25,317 nucleotides of DNA from Octopus sinensis (lineage: Eukaryota), in NCBI RefSeq assembly GCF_006345805.1, contig NW_021836093.1, forward strand, positions 1 to 25,317, given 5' to 3'. The notes beneath the pieces are model-generated. The model ran no database searches. It had not been told where the DNA came from and saw nothing but the letters and a program-made list of their open reading frames with translations. The translations under genes and the position numbers were made by a program. Shown piece by piece: positions 10,057 to 19,727 of the stretch (position 1 is the first letter of the stretch; every line of letters starts with the position of its first letter).

Positions 10057-10510
10057 TAGTTAAAATACGTTTCGGACTTATTGTAATTTCTAAAGGCAAA
10101 TTCACTGCAGTCAACATGAAGACAAACGTTATCTTTTCTGATAAAAGGTGTAGAAAGACTATGTATGTTCTTCACCTAGTGGACGCCCAAACGCGTTTCT
10201 AGCTTAGAACAATTGATATCAGTAACTGATTGTGCTCGCGGACCACCTGATCAGGATAGACAGAGTAGAGAATTATTGATCATTCTGAGATAAAGTTACG
10301 GCTTTAGAATCTGTTCAGTGTTGTCTCTGTTCGATATGTCCTACTGATGAAGACTAAGGAGCCAGAAACACACTTCGGAGATCGCTATGGGGAGAAATTG
10401 AACAGACATAATGTTTTTATATCTTTTACCCTAAGCGAGAATTTTTCTCCACGATAAATGCAGTGAATTTGTCTTTAGAAGCTGAAATATGTTGCAAGCA
10501 TATTTTAACT
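10057..10510. mobile_element. Short element with imperfect inverted ends and a degenerate hammerhead-like core (probable PLE remnant)
   Basis: 10088-10109 and 10459-10480 form an inverted repeat with 21/22 matches; tagttaaaata (10057)/tattttaacta (10500) extends it. Internal CTGATGA...GAAA at 10344-10368. Confidence 0.45.
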
Positions 10511-11161
10511 ACCTAAAGTTCATTTATTCCTCATCTCTACTTAGAGCATTTATAGTTGTATTTATTCTGACCAGGCGATAAATCTGTAATACATAAATAC
10601 ATACTGTCATAGAGAGGTTGAAAAATTTGGATTGTAAAGTTGTGTCAAACCGTTGTTGTCACGTATAGGATGGATCCGGCTATCTTCCGTGTCTACTCTC
10701 CTTAAATAAGACTAAGTACTCAGATTTGCTCTGTTTAGTGGTGAGGCTGAAATGAATGAGAACTGATAAGCTACTTTTCTGTGAAGCTGTCAATCGATTT
10801 TTTTCAATGTAACGGAGGAGATGGAAACGCCATTCTCCATTCAGTTTATCAAACTGTGGGTAACCGAGGAGAAAATGATTAGAAATATAGATCTACACTA
10901 AATATGCACCTGTGTTTAAGAGAAAACGTTTGTGAGAGCGCACTTGTTGTTCGATATATGGAGTTCAGCAACTGGCTTTAGTTGAAGTTTTTACAGTATT
11001 AGGAGTACTGTGTCATCCATATTACCATCTTCCTCTTTTCTTCCCCTCATTTAATTTTATGAAAACAATCACATACGTAGTTACCTGTCTTTGAAATTGT
11101 AGCTTCATCTGTCGGAAGTGTAATAAATAATCCTTCACAGTATTATGCTAAGACTAAAAGA

Positions 11162-11830
11162 CGGCGAGCTGGTAGAATTGTTAGTATGCTGGACGAAATG
11201 CTTAGCGGTATTTCGTCTGCCGCTACGTACTGAGTTCAAATACCGCCGAGGTCGACTTTGCCTTTCATCCTTTCGGGGTCGATTAAATAAGCACCAGTTA
11301 CGCACAGGGGTCGATATAATTGACTTAATCCGTTTGTCTGTCCTAATTTGTCCTCTCTGTATTTAGCCCCTTGTGGGTAGTAAAGAAATAGGTATTTCGC
11401 CCGTGTTTACATCAAGGCGGCGAGATGACAGAATCGTTAGCACGCCAGGCGAAATGTTCAACAGTATTTCGTCTGCCGTTACGTTCTGAGTTCAAATTCC
11501 GCCGAGGTCGACTTTGCCTTTCATCCTTTCGGGGTCGATAAATTAAGTACCAGTTACGCCACTGGGGGGGTCGATATAATCGACTTAATCCGTCTGTCTG
11601 TCCTTGTTTGTCCTTTCTGCGTTTTAGCCCCTTGTGGGTAGTAAGAAATAGGTATTTCCCGGTCCCCCGTCGCTACGTTCTAAGTTCAAATTCCGCCGAG
11701 GTCGACTTTGCCTTTCATTATTTCGGGTCGATAAATTAAGTACCAGTAAACACTGGTGGTTGATGTAATGAACTAGTCCACACCCACCAAATTTGAGATA
11801 TTGTGCCTCAAGTAGAAAGGATTATTATGC
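11162..11830 (+). mobile_element. Head-to-tail array of three tRNA-derived SINE family B units (Nin-like domain)
   Basis: Repeated gagttcaaat(t/a)ccgccgaggtcgactttgcctttcat...gggtcgat units, with A-box-like TGG(C/T)AGAAT(C/T)G heads at ~11162 and ~11415. The third unit lacks a head and ends in gtagaaaggattattat. The gcctttcatcctttcggggtcgataaattaagtacc block resembles the Nin domain. Confidence 0.88.
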
Positions 11831-12435
11831 TTAGAATAATCTTTTGAAAAAACGGTTAAAGTGTCGAACAAAATTTTAGGCTGGATTTCTTACACAAGGC
11901 TACATCTAGATTTCAGCTTACTGGAGAGGCAGAAGTAACAGGTTAAGTTCTAAGTCCAGAGGTATCGACTAATCTCCGTGTCTCAAATTTGCTGGCATTG
12001 TGCCTGAATCGGAACTGACAGAATCATTGGAGACTCCGAAAACTAACTTGCACTGTTTATTCTTGCTCATACGTTCTTAGTTCAATTTCTGCTAGATTCA
12101 TCTTTGTTTTTCTTTCTTACGGAGTCAATAAAATAAACTACCACAGGAGGATCGGGTCTGGCTGTGACTACCAGCTTCCCTTTAATATTGTTGGCCATGT
12201 ACATAAATCAGAAACCATGAAGATGGGAAACAGCCAGAATTGTGAGAGCATCGGGATAAAATCTTTGTGTAATGCTTCAAAGATTTTACATACAGTCTCA
12301 GTTCCACCGAGAACAATTTTGCTTTCTTTCGGAGTCAATAAAATAATTGTCAAACACTGGAATGGGTGTAATATACTAACACCCCACCGCTAAAAATTGT
12401 GCCATAATTAGAAATATATATATATATATGTATGC

Positions 12436-12882
12436 TCTGTGGTTAGTAGCTTGTTTACGAACCACATGGTTGGGTTCAGTCCTACTGCGTGGCACCTTGA
12501 GCAAGTGCTTCTACTATAGCCTCGGCCGACCAAAGCCTTGTGAGTGGATTTGGTGTAGAAGGAAATGAAAGAAGCCCGTCGCATATATATATATATCTCT
12601 ATATATATATATTATATATAATATATATATATATGTGTGTGTGGTGTGTGTGGTGGTGTATGGTGTGTGTGTGTTGTATAGGTTGGTGTCTGTGTTTGTC
12701 CCCCCAAACATCGTTTGACACCGATGCTGGTGTGTTACGTCCTTGTAACTTAGCGGTTCGGCAAAAGAGACCGATAGAATAAGTACTGGGCTTTATAAGA
12801 ATAAGTCCTGGGGTCGATTTGCTCGACTAAAAGGTGGTGCTCCAGCATGACCACAGTCAAAATGACTGAACAAGTAAAAGAG
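12436..12882 (+). mobile_element. SINE family A copy
   Basis: Colinear with the reverse complement of 3745-4155, including the internal TA/TG microsatellite. Confidence 0.9.
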
Positions 12883-12926
12883 TATATATATATATATAAT
12901 ATATATATATATTATATATATTATAT

Positions 12927-12988
<62 letters not shown>

Positions 12989-12990
12989 GC
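12883..12990. repeat. (TA)n microsatellite
   Basis: Directly visible. Confidence 0.95.
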
Positions 12991-13779
12991 ATGCATCTGT
13001 ACAAACACCCACACATCGGTGATTTACGTTGTTTCAATTTCTTTTATATCCTCGCTTTTAATTATTCATTAAACACAAATCGAACTTAGAATGGAAGAGT
13101 GTAACTATTACATAAAAGAAATATAATGAAATACCTATGTAGTGGAATGATGCATTTCAAAGTGAACTACGAATTAAAGCAGGTTAAAAACAACGAAATT
13201 GTTAAAAGAATTCATAAATTATAATGGCGATAATTTAACACATTGCCGTCTTGTGAGGTCTCAATCCTGAACATTTAAATTAAGTATTATTTTTTTATTT
13301 TATTTATTCTTTTTATTTTCTTTATTATCTTTTCAGACTAACTACATCCGTACCCCTACGAGCAGTTTCCTGTCAATGAGAGCTTTGTATATAGAAAGCT
13401 ACACAAAATAAAGTGACCTACAATAGCTTAGAAAGGGATGCTAAGAGATATATATGTATATAAATATTTGTGGTCAGTATTGGTCAACTGTTTCAATAAT
13501 TTTATACTTCTACTTCCATCGATTTTGCCATCCTCGCTTGACTGGCCAAACGATGGCCGTTTTGAAGAACGCAGGTGTTACACTACATGATCAGACACCT
13601 GTGTTGCCAGAGTGAAAAGTTAATACGCGTGTGTATGTATGTGTGTACATGTGTGTATGGGGATGCTTGTGCGAGTATTTGTATGTGTATGAGCAAGTTC
13701 GCATCTATACGGTGTGTATGTATGGACGTATGTAAATGTATGTGCGTGTTTGCATGGGCTCATACACACACATACACAC

Positions 13780-13801
13780 ATATTTACATACACATACATA
13801 C

Positions 13802-13853
<52 letters not shown>

Positions 13854-14000
13854 ATATATATATATATATATATATACATACAACACATATTATATATATT
13901 ATATATACGTATACAAGACACGACACACAGAACCACAGACACACAGACACAGACACACAGACACAGACACACAGACACATACAAGTATACGCATGTGTGT
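13780..14000. repeat. Compound (CA)/(TA)/(CAGA)n microsatellite region
   Basis: Directly visible; explains the 180-aa ORF at 13575-14117. Confidence 0.9.
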
Positions 14001-14184
14001 GTAAAACATCTTAACATAGACACAAATTACATGCACACAAAACTCGCACAAAACACCACACATATAAATATATGCAAGCATGTATATACACACACACAAA
14101 TCTCAACATACGGATGATTTTCATATATTCAACAATATAGATATATGAGTGCATGAGTAAAGCTGTGTATATATGTATGTGTGA

Positions 14185-14552
14185 ACCAAACCACATGGTT
14201 CTGGGTTCAGTCCCACTGCGTGGCACCATGGGCAGGTGTCTTCTATTATAGCCTCGGTTCGACCAAAGCCTTTGATTGGATTTTGTAGACGGAAAATGGA
14301 AGAAGCCCGTCTTATATGTGTGTGAGTTTGTGTATGTGTGTATATGTTTCTGTGCCTGTGTTTTATCCCCCCACCACGTTTGACAACCGTTGATAGTGTG
14401 TACGTCCCAGTAACTTATCACTTCGGCAAACGTGACCGTTTGAATAAGTATAGGTTAAGAAATAGTTCCTGGGGTCAATTTGTTCAATTCATACTCTTCG
14501 AGGCGTGGTACTCCAGTATGGCTGCCGTCAAATGACTGAAGCAAGTAAAAGA
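14185..14552 (+). mobile_element. SINE family A copy (head truncated, diverged)
   Basis: aaccacatggttctgggttcagtcccactgcgtggcacc...caaatgactgaagcaagtaaaag; colinear with the other copies. Confidence 0.85.
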
Positions 14553-14557
14553 GGAGA

Positions 14558-14600
<43 letters not shown>

Positions 14601-15054
14601 TTATATATATATATATATATATACCACTCATAGACCCAAACACAATCATACATATGCATTTAACAGCATATTAAATACAACCATATTTACGTGTGTGTGT
14701 GTGTGGTGCAGTGCTTGTGCGTGCAGTGCCTGCGTGGGAGCGTGCTTGTGTGGTGCACGGGAATGTTTGCGTCCGCGTGTGTATGTGTATGTCGGGAGAT
14801 GCTGTCTAATGGAGATCAAAGCATGTCCATTGTCGTCATGTGTCCTCAACAAGATTCCAAATTTCTAATTCTCAGCACATTTTTGCTTTCTCTAAGTAAA
14901 TGACTAACAGCAATTCAGTAAGTGTTCGCAACGTCATTTAGTACAATGCCATCAGCGTGACTTAAGTAGAATGCTGCGTGAATTCCGACCAGAGTCGTTC
15001 TATGGGTAACAGGAATTACAGGAGAGAGCGCGGAGGGTGGATAACTGTGTGCGA

Positions 15055-15180
15055 AAGAGAGAGGGACAACGTTCAGGAGAAATAGAGAGGGACTAGGTGC
15101 GAGAGAGAGAGGGACTAGGTATGAGAGAGAGAGAGAGAAAAAGAGAGAAAGAAAGAGAGAGAGAAGAAAAGAGAAATAGT
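15055..15180. repeat. GA-rich homopurine tract
   Basis: Directly visible; includes gagagggactaggt twice. Confidence 0.8.
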
Positions 15181-15227
15181 GGAAGTGATGTTCGCGTCGA
15201 TGACGAGATGGGAAGAAACTGATGTCT

Positions 15228-15450
15228 TTTACTTGTTTCAATCATTTGACGGCGGCCATACTGGAGTACCGCCTCGAAGGGTATTAATTGAACAAATTGA
15301 TCGCAGGAATTATTTCTTAAACATAGACCTTATTCTATCGGTTTCGTTTGCCGAAGTGATAAGTTACTGGGACGTACACACCAATACCGGTTGTCAAGTG
15401 GGGGATAAACACAGACACAGAAACAGACATGCAAACACACACATACAGAC
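15228..15450 (-). mobile_element. 3' half of a SINE family A copy
   Basis: cttgtttcaatcatttgacggcggccatactggagtaccgcc...ggttgtcaag matches 3750-3910 in the same orientation. Confidence 0.85.
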
Positions 15451-16400
15451 ATTTCTTCCGGCTTACTTTCCCCTAAACTCTAAACTCATTATAACTACTT
15501 TCCGAACTTGGTTCATCTAGTTAGTTCCGAAAATTAATAAACAATTCCAGCCCACTTATCCCTATTTAAATGCCCAACTGAAGCCAGATAAATTATACCA
15601 CCCTTTGTTACAGCCTTTCCAGCAGACATTAAGGCTAGAAGTCATACCCTTTTCTCTCTCCAACTCGTTTTACTTTTCGCGGATAGACAGTGCTAAATTA
15701 TTTCCACCTGTGCCCACTTAGCCACACTTCTTCACTTAGTTGAACTCACCCCAATGATTAATGGTCTCACCTCCGGAGAATTTTGCAATCAAATCAACGT
15801 GAAGGCCATGGGTACTAAAATGGACCCCAGTTATGCAAACTACTTCAGTTGGTCACACCGGCAACATATATTTAACAAATTCGCAGGATCAACCTCAAAG
15901 CTCGACGTTATTACATTGATAATCGAATTGGTGCTAGCACACTCAACAGACGACATGATAGGTTACTGTCGTTCATTAAGTCTTTTCCTCGCGTTGCAAT
16001 TCCCCTGAATCATTTCCGACAACCTAATCAATATGCCAATTACTATGAGCAATATCCACCTGTCCACCTCTGTCAAATACAAGCTTACTAACACCTACTC
16101 CTATTTCCAATATTCTCTTCCTCTCCCCAAGCACATCAAATTTACAAAATTATTTTTTCTATTCCTCTAGCTTAATCGACTCTGCAACAGTCATTAAGAT
16201 TTTGTATCGCAGTGTAATAGAATACCACTTTTTCCTAAATTAAAAGTATCCGTGATGCCCAGGCCATCGACCGCGCCACTGCTATACTTTCTATGTATAC
16301 GTTTAAAGACTAATTTCTGCGTCTAACAGTCCACCTTCCCACTTAAAGCCACACTCATCTGCAACTTCTAAATCCTGGCTACACTCCAGCTAATACATAA
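15450..16400 (+). mobile_element. Heavily decayed Penelope-like RT fragment
   Basis: Frameshifted translation gives ATLLHLVEL, GEFCNQINVKAMGTKMDPSYANYF, YIDNRIGA, LSTSVKYK.TNTYSY, RLCNS and IDRATA. These follow the PLE RT motif order (GVAMGTKMGPSYANLF, RYIDD, YKPTDSHSYL, RLRRLCS). The 5' boundary is approximate. Confidence 0.8.
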
Positions 16401-16519
16401 ATATTTTACTATTGGGCTTTAAATTTCAATAGAAAATTTTCGTTTATATGCGTGAGTGTTAAAATATAGACGTTCCGAATTTAGCCTACAGGAATTGTTT
16501 CTTTTACTTCCCCTTTCTT

Positions 16520-16715
16520 CTTTCATTTGCTTCAGTCACTGGACTGCAACTAAGCTGGAACATTATCTTGAAGTATTTAGTCGCCCAAATCGACCACAGT
16601 ACATTCAAACTTGAATTATTCCATCATACTGCTTTTGCCAAACTGCTAGGTTATAAGGACATAACCAAATCAATACCGGTTGTCCATCGGTAACACAAAT
16701 CACAAATACGCAGGC
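16520..16715 (-). mobile_element. Old, diverged 3' half of a SINE family A copy
   Basis: ttgcttcagtcactggactgc...tttagtcg...aaatcgacc...ttttgccaaactgctaggtta...accggttgtc aligns loosely with 3750-3910. Confidence 0.6.
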
Positions 16716-16829
16716 ATACGTGTATGTATATGTGTATGTAAGTATGTCTGTATGTTTGTGTGTGTATATGTGTAGGTGTGTATGGATCCCATTCTCGCAA
16801 TCCTTGATGGCCATAGGATTGCACTTCCC

Positions 16830-17130
16830 CTCCAAGGCACAAAGCTGTTTATGAAGGACCAGCAGTCGCCCATTCACACCGGCCTCCCCTCTCCATACCA
16901 CTGATGTTATCCAAGGGAAAGGCAAAGGGTTAATACAGTTTGGTACCAATCACGTCGCAGCTCATATATCAGCAACGTGAAATAAAGTGTCTTGCTCAAG
17001 AACACAACACACACCCCAGTCTGGGAACTCGTTACTTCATGATTTTGAGCTCGACGCTCTAACCACTGTTAGAGCCATGCACTTTCACTGATCCCTACGC
17101 CTTCACTGAGCCATGAGTCTTCACTGAGCT
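16830..17130 (-). mobile_element. SINE family C head and core with a different 3' body; head multiplied as an 18-bp tandem repeat
   Basis: agcaacgtgaaataaagtgtcttgctcaagaacacaac matches 4678-4715, but the region 16830-16965 differs from the 4460-4660 body. An 18-bp unit repeats at 17072-17130. Confidence 0.75.
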
Positions 17131-17134
17131 ATAG

Positions 17135-17270
17135 GGAAGACGCATGGCCTAGTGGTTAACGTGTTGCACTCAGGGTCGCGAGATCATGGTTTCATTTCCT
17201 AGACCGAGTGGTGAGTTGTGTTCTTGAGCAAAGCCCTTCATACCACGTTGCTTTGCAATCACTCCTTACA
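17135..17270 (+). mobile_element. SINE family C 5' portion, head-to-head with the preceding copy
   Basis: A-box TGGCCTAGTGG, then ttgtgttcttgagcaaagc core. Confidence 0.75.
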
Positions 17271-17632
17271 CCTGTTCAAGCAACATCAATTTGTAGGAGG
17301 AAAGGTGAGAGCTAATTTTCAGTACATACATTTGGTCACTGTTAACCAATTATCTGGGCAGGTCGTTCGGCAGAAACTCAACTCACATCGTTTTCGACGG
17401 GAGAATCTATCCATCATATATATACGGCAGGTTCCACACTGTTTACGTATACTCAATACACTTAGAAGACATGGTTCGATCCGAGGCTTGGGAAGAAGTA
17501 TTTAGTAAACTACTAGAATACTCCCTTGTGCCAGCACCTGCGCTCATACCAATCAAATTTTATGACAGTGGGTTTAAAATTTACATGTACTAGCAATAAA
17601 TGATCAGTGATCCGTTGATGCGTACAGTAAAA

Positions 17633-17860
17633 GAAAATAAAGTAGACTTCCGTTGGTTACGGAAAATAAAGTAGACTTCCGTTGGTTACGGCAATGATGA
17701 TTTAATTCTTCGATTAAGTAAGATACTTTCTAGTTGATTAAGCCTGCGACTGAGCATTCCACAGTAATCATGTAGATTTAACGTAATCCTTTAGCAGAAT
17801 CGGCTTGATGCACTGTATGACCAGGCTGTACCATACAGCCTGGTCATACAGGTACACATT
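17633..17860 (-). mobile_element. Diverged 3' half of a SINE family C copy
   Basis: gacttccgttggttacg...ctgagcattccacag...ttaacgta...gaccaggctg...tacaggtac is colinear with 4470-4650. Confidence 0.65.
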
Positions 17861-17967
17861 ATTCGACGAAGTTTCTTGAAGTTTCTTCCGTGCATTTCCC
17901 TTCTCCGTAGTTTCCCTTACAAGTTTAACATCGACAGATTTATAGATTGTATCAGAACGAAATATAT

Positions 17968-18346
17968 CAATGTATTGACTTCAAATTTTGGCAATAGGCT
18001 AACGGTTTGGGGGAAGGGGCTCAGTCGATTACATCGACCCCAATGCTCAACAGTTACGTATTTTATTGACTTGGAAAGGACGATAGGCAAAGTCAACCTC
18101 GGCGGAATTTGAACTCAGAAAGTAAGGACGGACGAAATGCTGCTAAGCATTTGCCTAGCATACTCAGGGGAGGGGTAAGTTTAATACACCAATTCCAGTG
18201 ATCAGCTGGTACTTATTTTATGGACCCCGAAAGGATGAAAACCAAAGTCAACCTCGGCGGAATTTGAACTCAGAACGTAAAGACGGACGAAATGCCGTGA
18301 ACCATTATAACAATCGTTCTAATGATTTTGCCAGTTCGCCGCCTTC
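17968..18346 (-). mobile_element. Dimeric SINE family B insertion flanked by a 15-bp TSD
   Basis: Two family B units (aaagtcaacctcggcggaatttgaactcagaa twice). CAGAACGAAATATAT lies at 17953-17967 and 18347-18361. Confidence 0.85.
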
Positions 18347-18677
18347 CAGAACGAAATATATATTAATGTGTCAATATGAAAGACTAAGCATCCCAGCATG
18401 ACTCTAGTAAAATGACTCAAATCAGTGAACAAAAGTATACCATCTTATGCCGACGTAGGAGCAGTCAATATTCATCGGCAATGATACAGATATGCAAACA
18501 TGCATATAGACATACATATATATATGCATACTAACACGTGAACATATACAAATACAAATATGCATACCTTCATTGTTACATTCGAACACACACACACACA
18601 AACACACATACGCACACACGCACACAGATATATACACATACGCATATACACAAACACACAACACAGACATACACATA

Positions 18678-19295
18678 CAGGGTGCGACGAATAAACTGTC
18701 GTCTAAATTACGCAAGAACGAAAATAACATCTCCTTTTAACAGATATATTTACCAAAGCTACATAAAAATATTCTGAAATACTAAAGAGTAAGCTTATTC
18801 AATAAAATCGTCATTGGCTTTAACCACGCCCTCCAGAACACTTCGGAATCTCATGCAACTCTTCTAGACGGTCTCCTTGTTGGTGAATGCTGCCATAACC
18901 CTTGCCTTCAGTTCCTCTTTGGTGTTACGAGGAGTTTTGTTGGTCTCTCGCTCAACTGCACCCTACACGTAATAATCAAAGGGTTGCCGTCTGAGGAATT
19001 AGGTGGTCAGACGTTAGGGGTGAAGTGGTTGCAGAAAATTGTCTGACGGCCATGACTGGGTTCTGCTTATGTGGCAGGGTGAAGAGTCCTGTTACCAGAT
19101 ATAGAGTCTTCCAGCAGCCACCTCTTGACCTAGGGCAACACTACTTCCTCTAAGCACTTGATGAAGGCCTCTGTGTTGAGTCTGAAGCCGTGTAGGAAGA
19201 TGAATGGCGGCATAACGTTGCCATTACTAGTGATCACTGCAAACACCATGATGTTGACTGGTTGTTTGATTTTTATCACTCTCAGTAAATGTCCT
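18678..19295 (-). mobile_element. One-ended Tc1/mariner (maT/DD37D-like) DNA transposon remnant; transposase C-terminal pseudogene
   Basis: TA followed by CAGGGTG TIR start at 18676-18684. Minus-strand frameshifted translation: IMVFAVITSNGNVMPPFIFLHGFRLNTEAFIKCLEEVVLP...QDSSPCH...PPNSSDGNP(L)DYYV...ERETNKTP.NTKEELKARVMAAF...DFIE* (stop at 18795-97). D-to-D spacing is ~36-37 residues in this decayed copy. Confidence 0.88.
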
Positions 19296-19514
19296 CAGAT
19301 TGCACTGAAATGTTCGTATTGGATCTTCCAATGCGAATGCCAAGCAGTATAGCATGTCGTTTCTAAACTTCTGGCAGTGTGATTTGCATCATGGTGCTGT
19401 TTTTCAGACAGACAGTGCCCAACTGACTCTACTATACTGTGTAGTCGACAAAACCCAAAACAAACCATATGCATACTCGATATTAAATATATAAAATGGT
19501 GACAATTTACTCAC

Positions 19515-19727
19515 CTCAACCTGTATATATCAATCGCATTTATCAGTAATATTTGTAAGGATTCTTGCATCCGTTATTGTGTATCCGTATATAACGGTAT
19601 ACATATATACATTTTGTTGTTTTATATATATGTGCTGATACACCTGAATGTAAATTTGTTTCATCTTGGTGTACTCTTGTACCCTCCTTCAAATTATAGG
19701 ATGAAGTGAAGGTGTCCGTTGTAGAAC
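19515..19727 (-). other. Candidate non-coding (UTR or lncRNA) exon
   Basis: Minus strand: acceptor tttttctgctctttcacatccag|GTT at 19728/19727 and consensus donor GAG|GTGAGT at 19515/19514. All three frames hit stops. Splice signals only; no transcript evidence. Confidence 0.4.

Noticed and set aside
11162-11830. CRISPR-like array or tRNA gene cluster
   Set aside because: The units are long homologous SINE bodies without unique spacers, and the tRNA-like heads do not form full cloverleaves.
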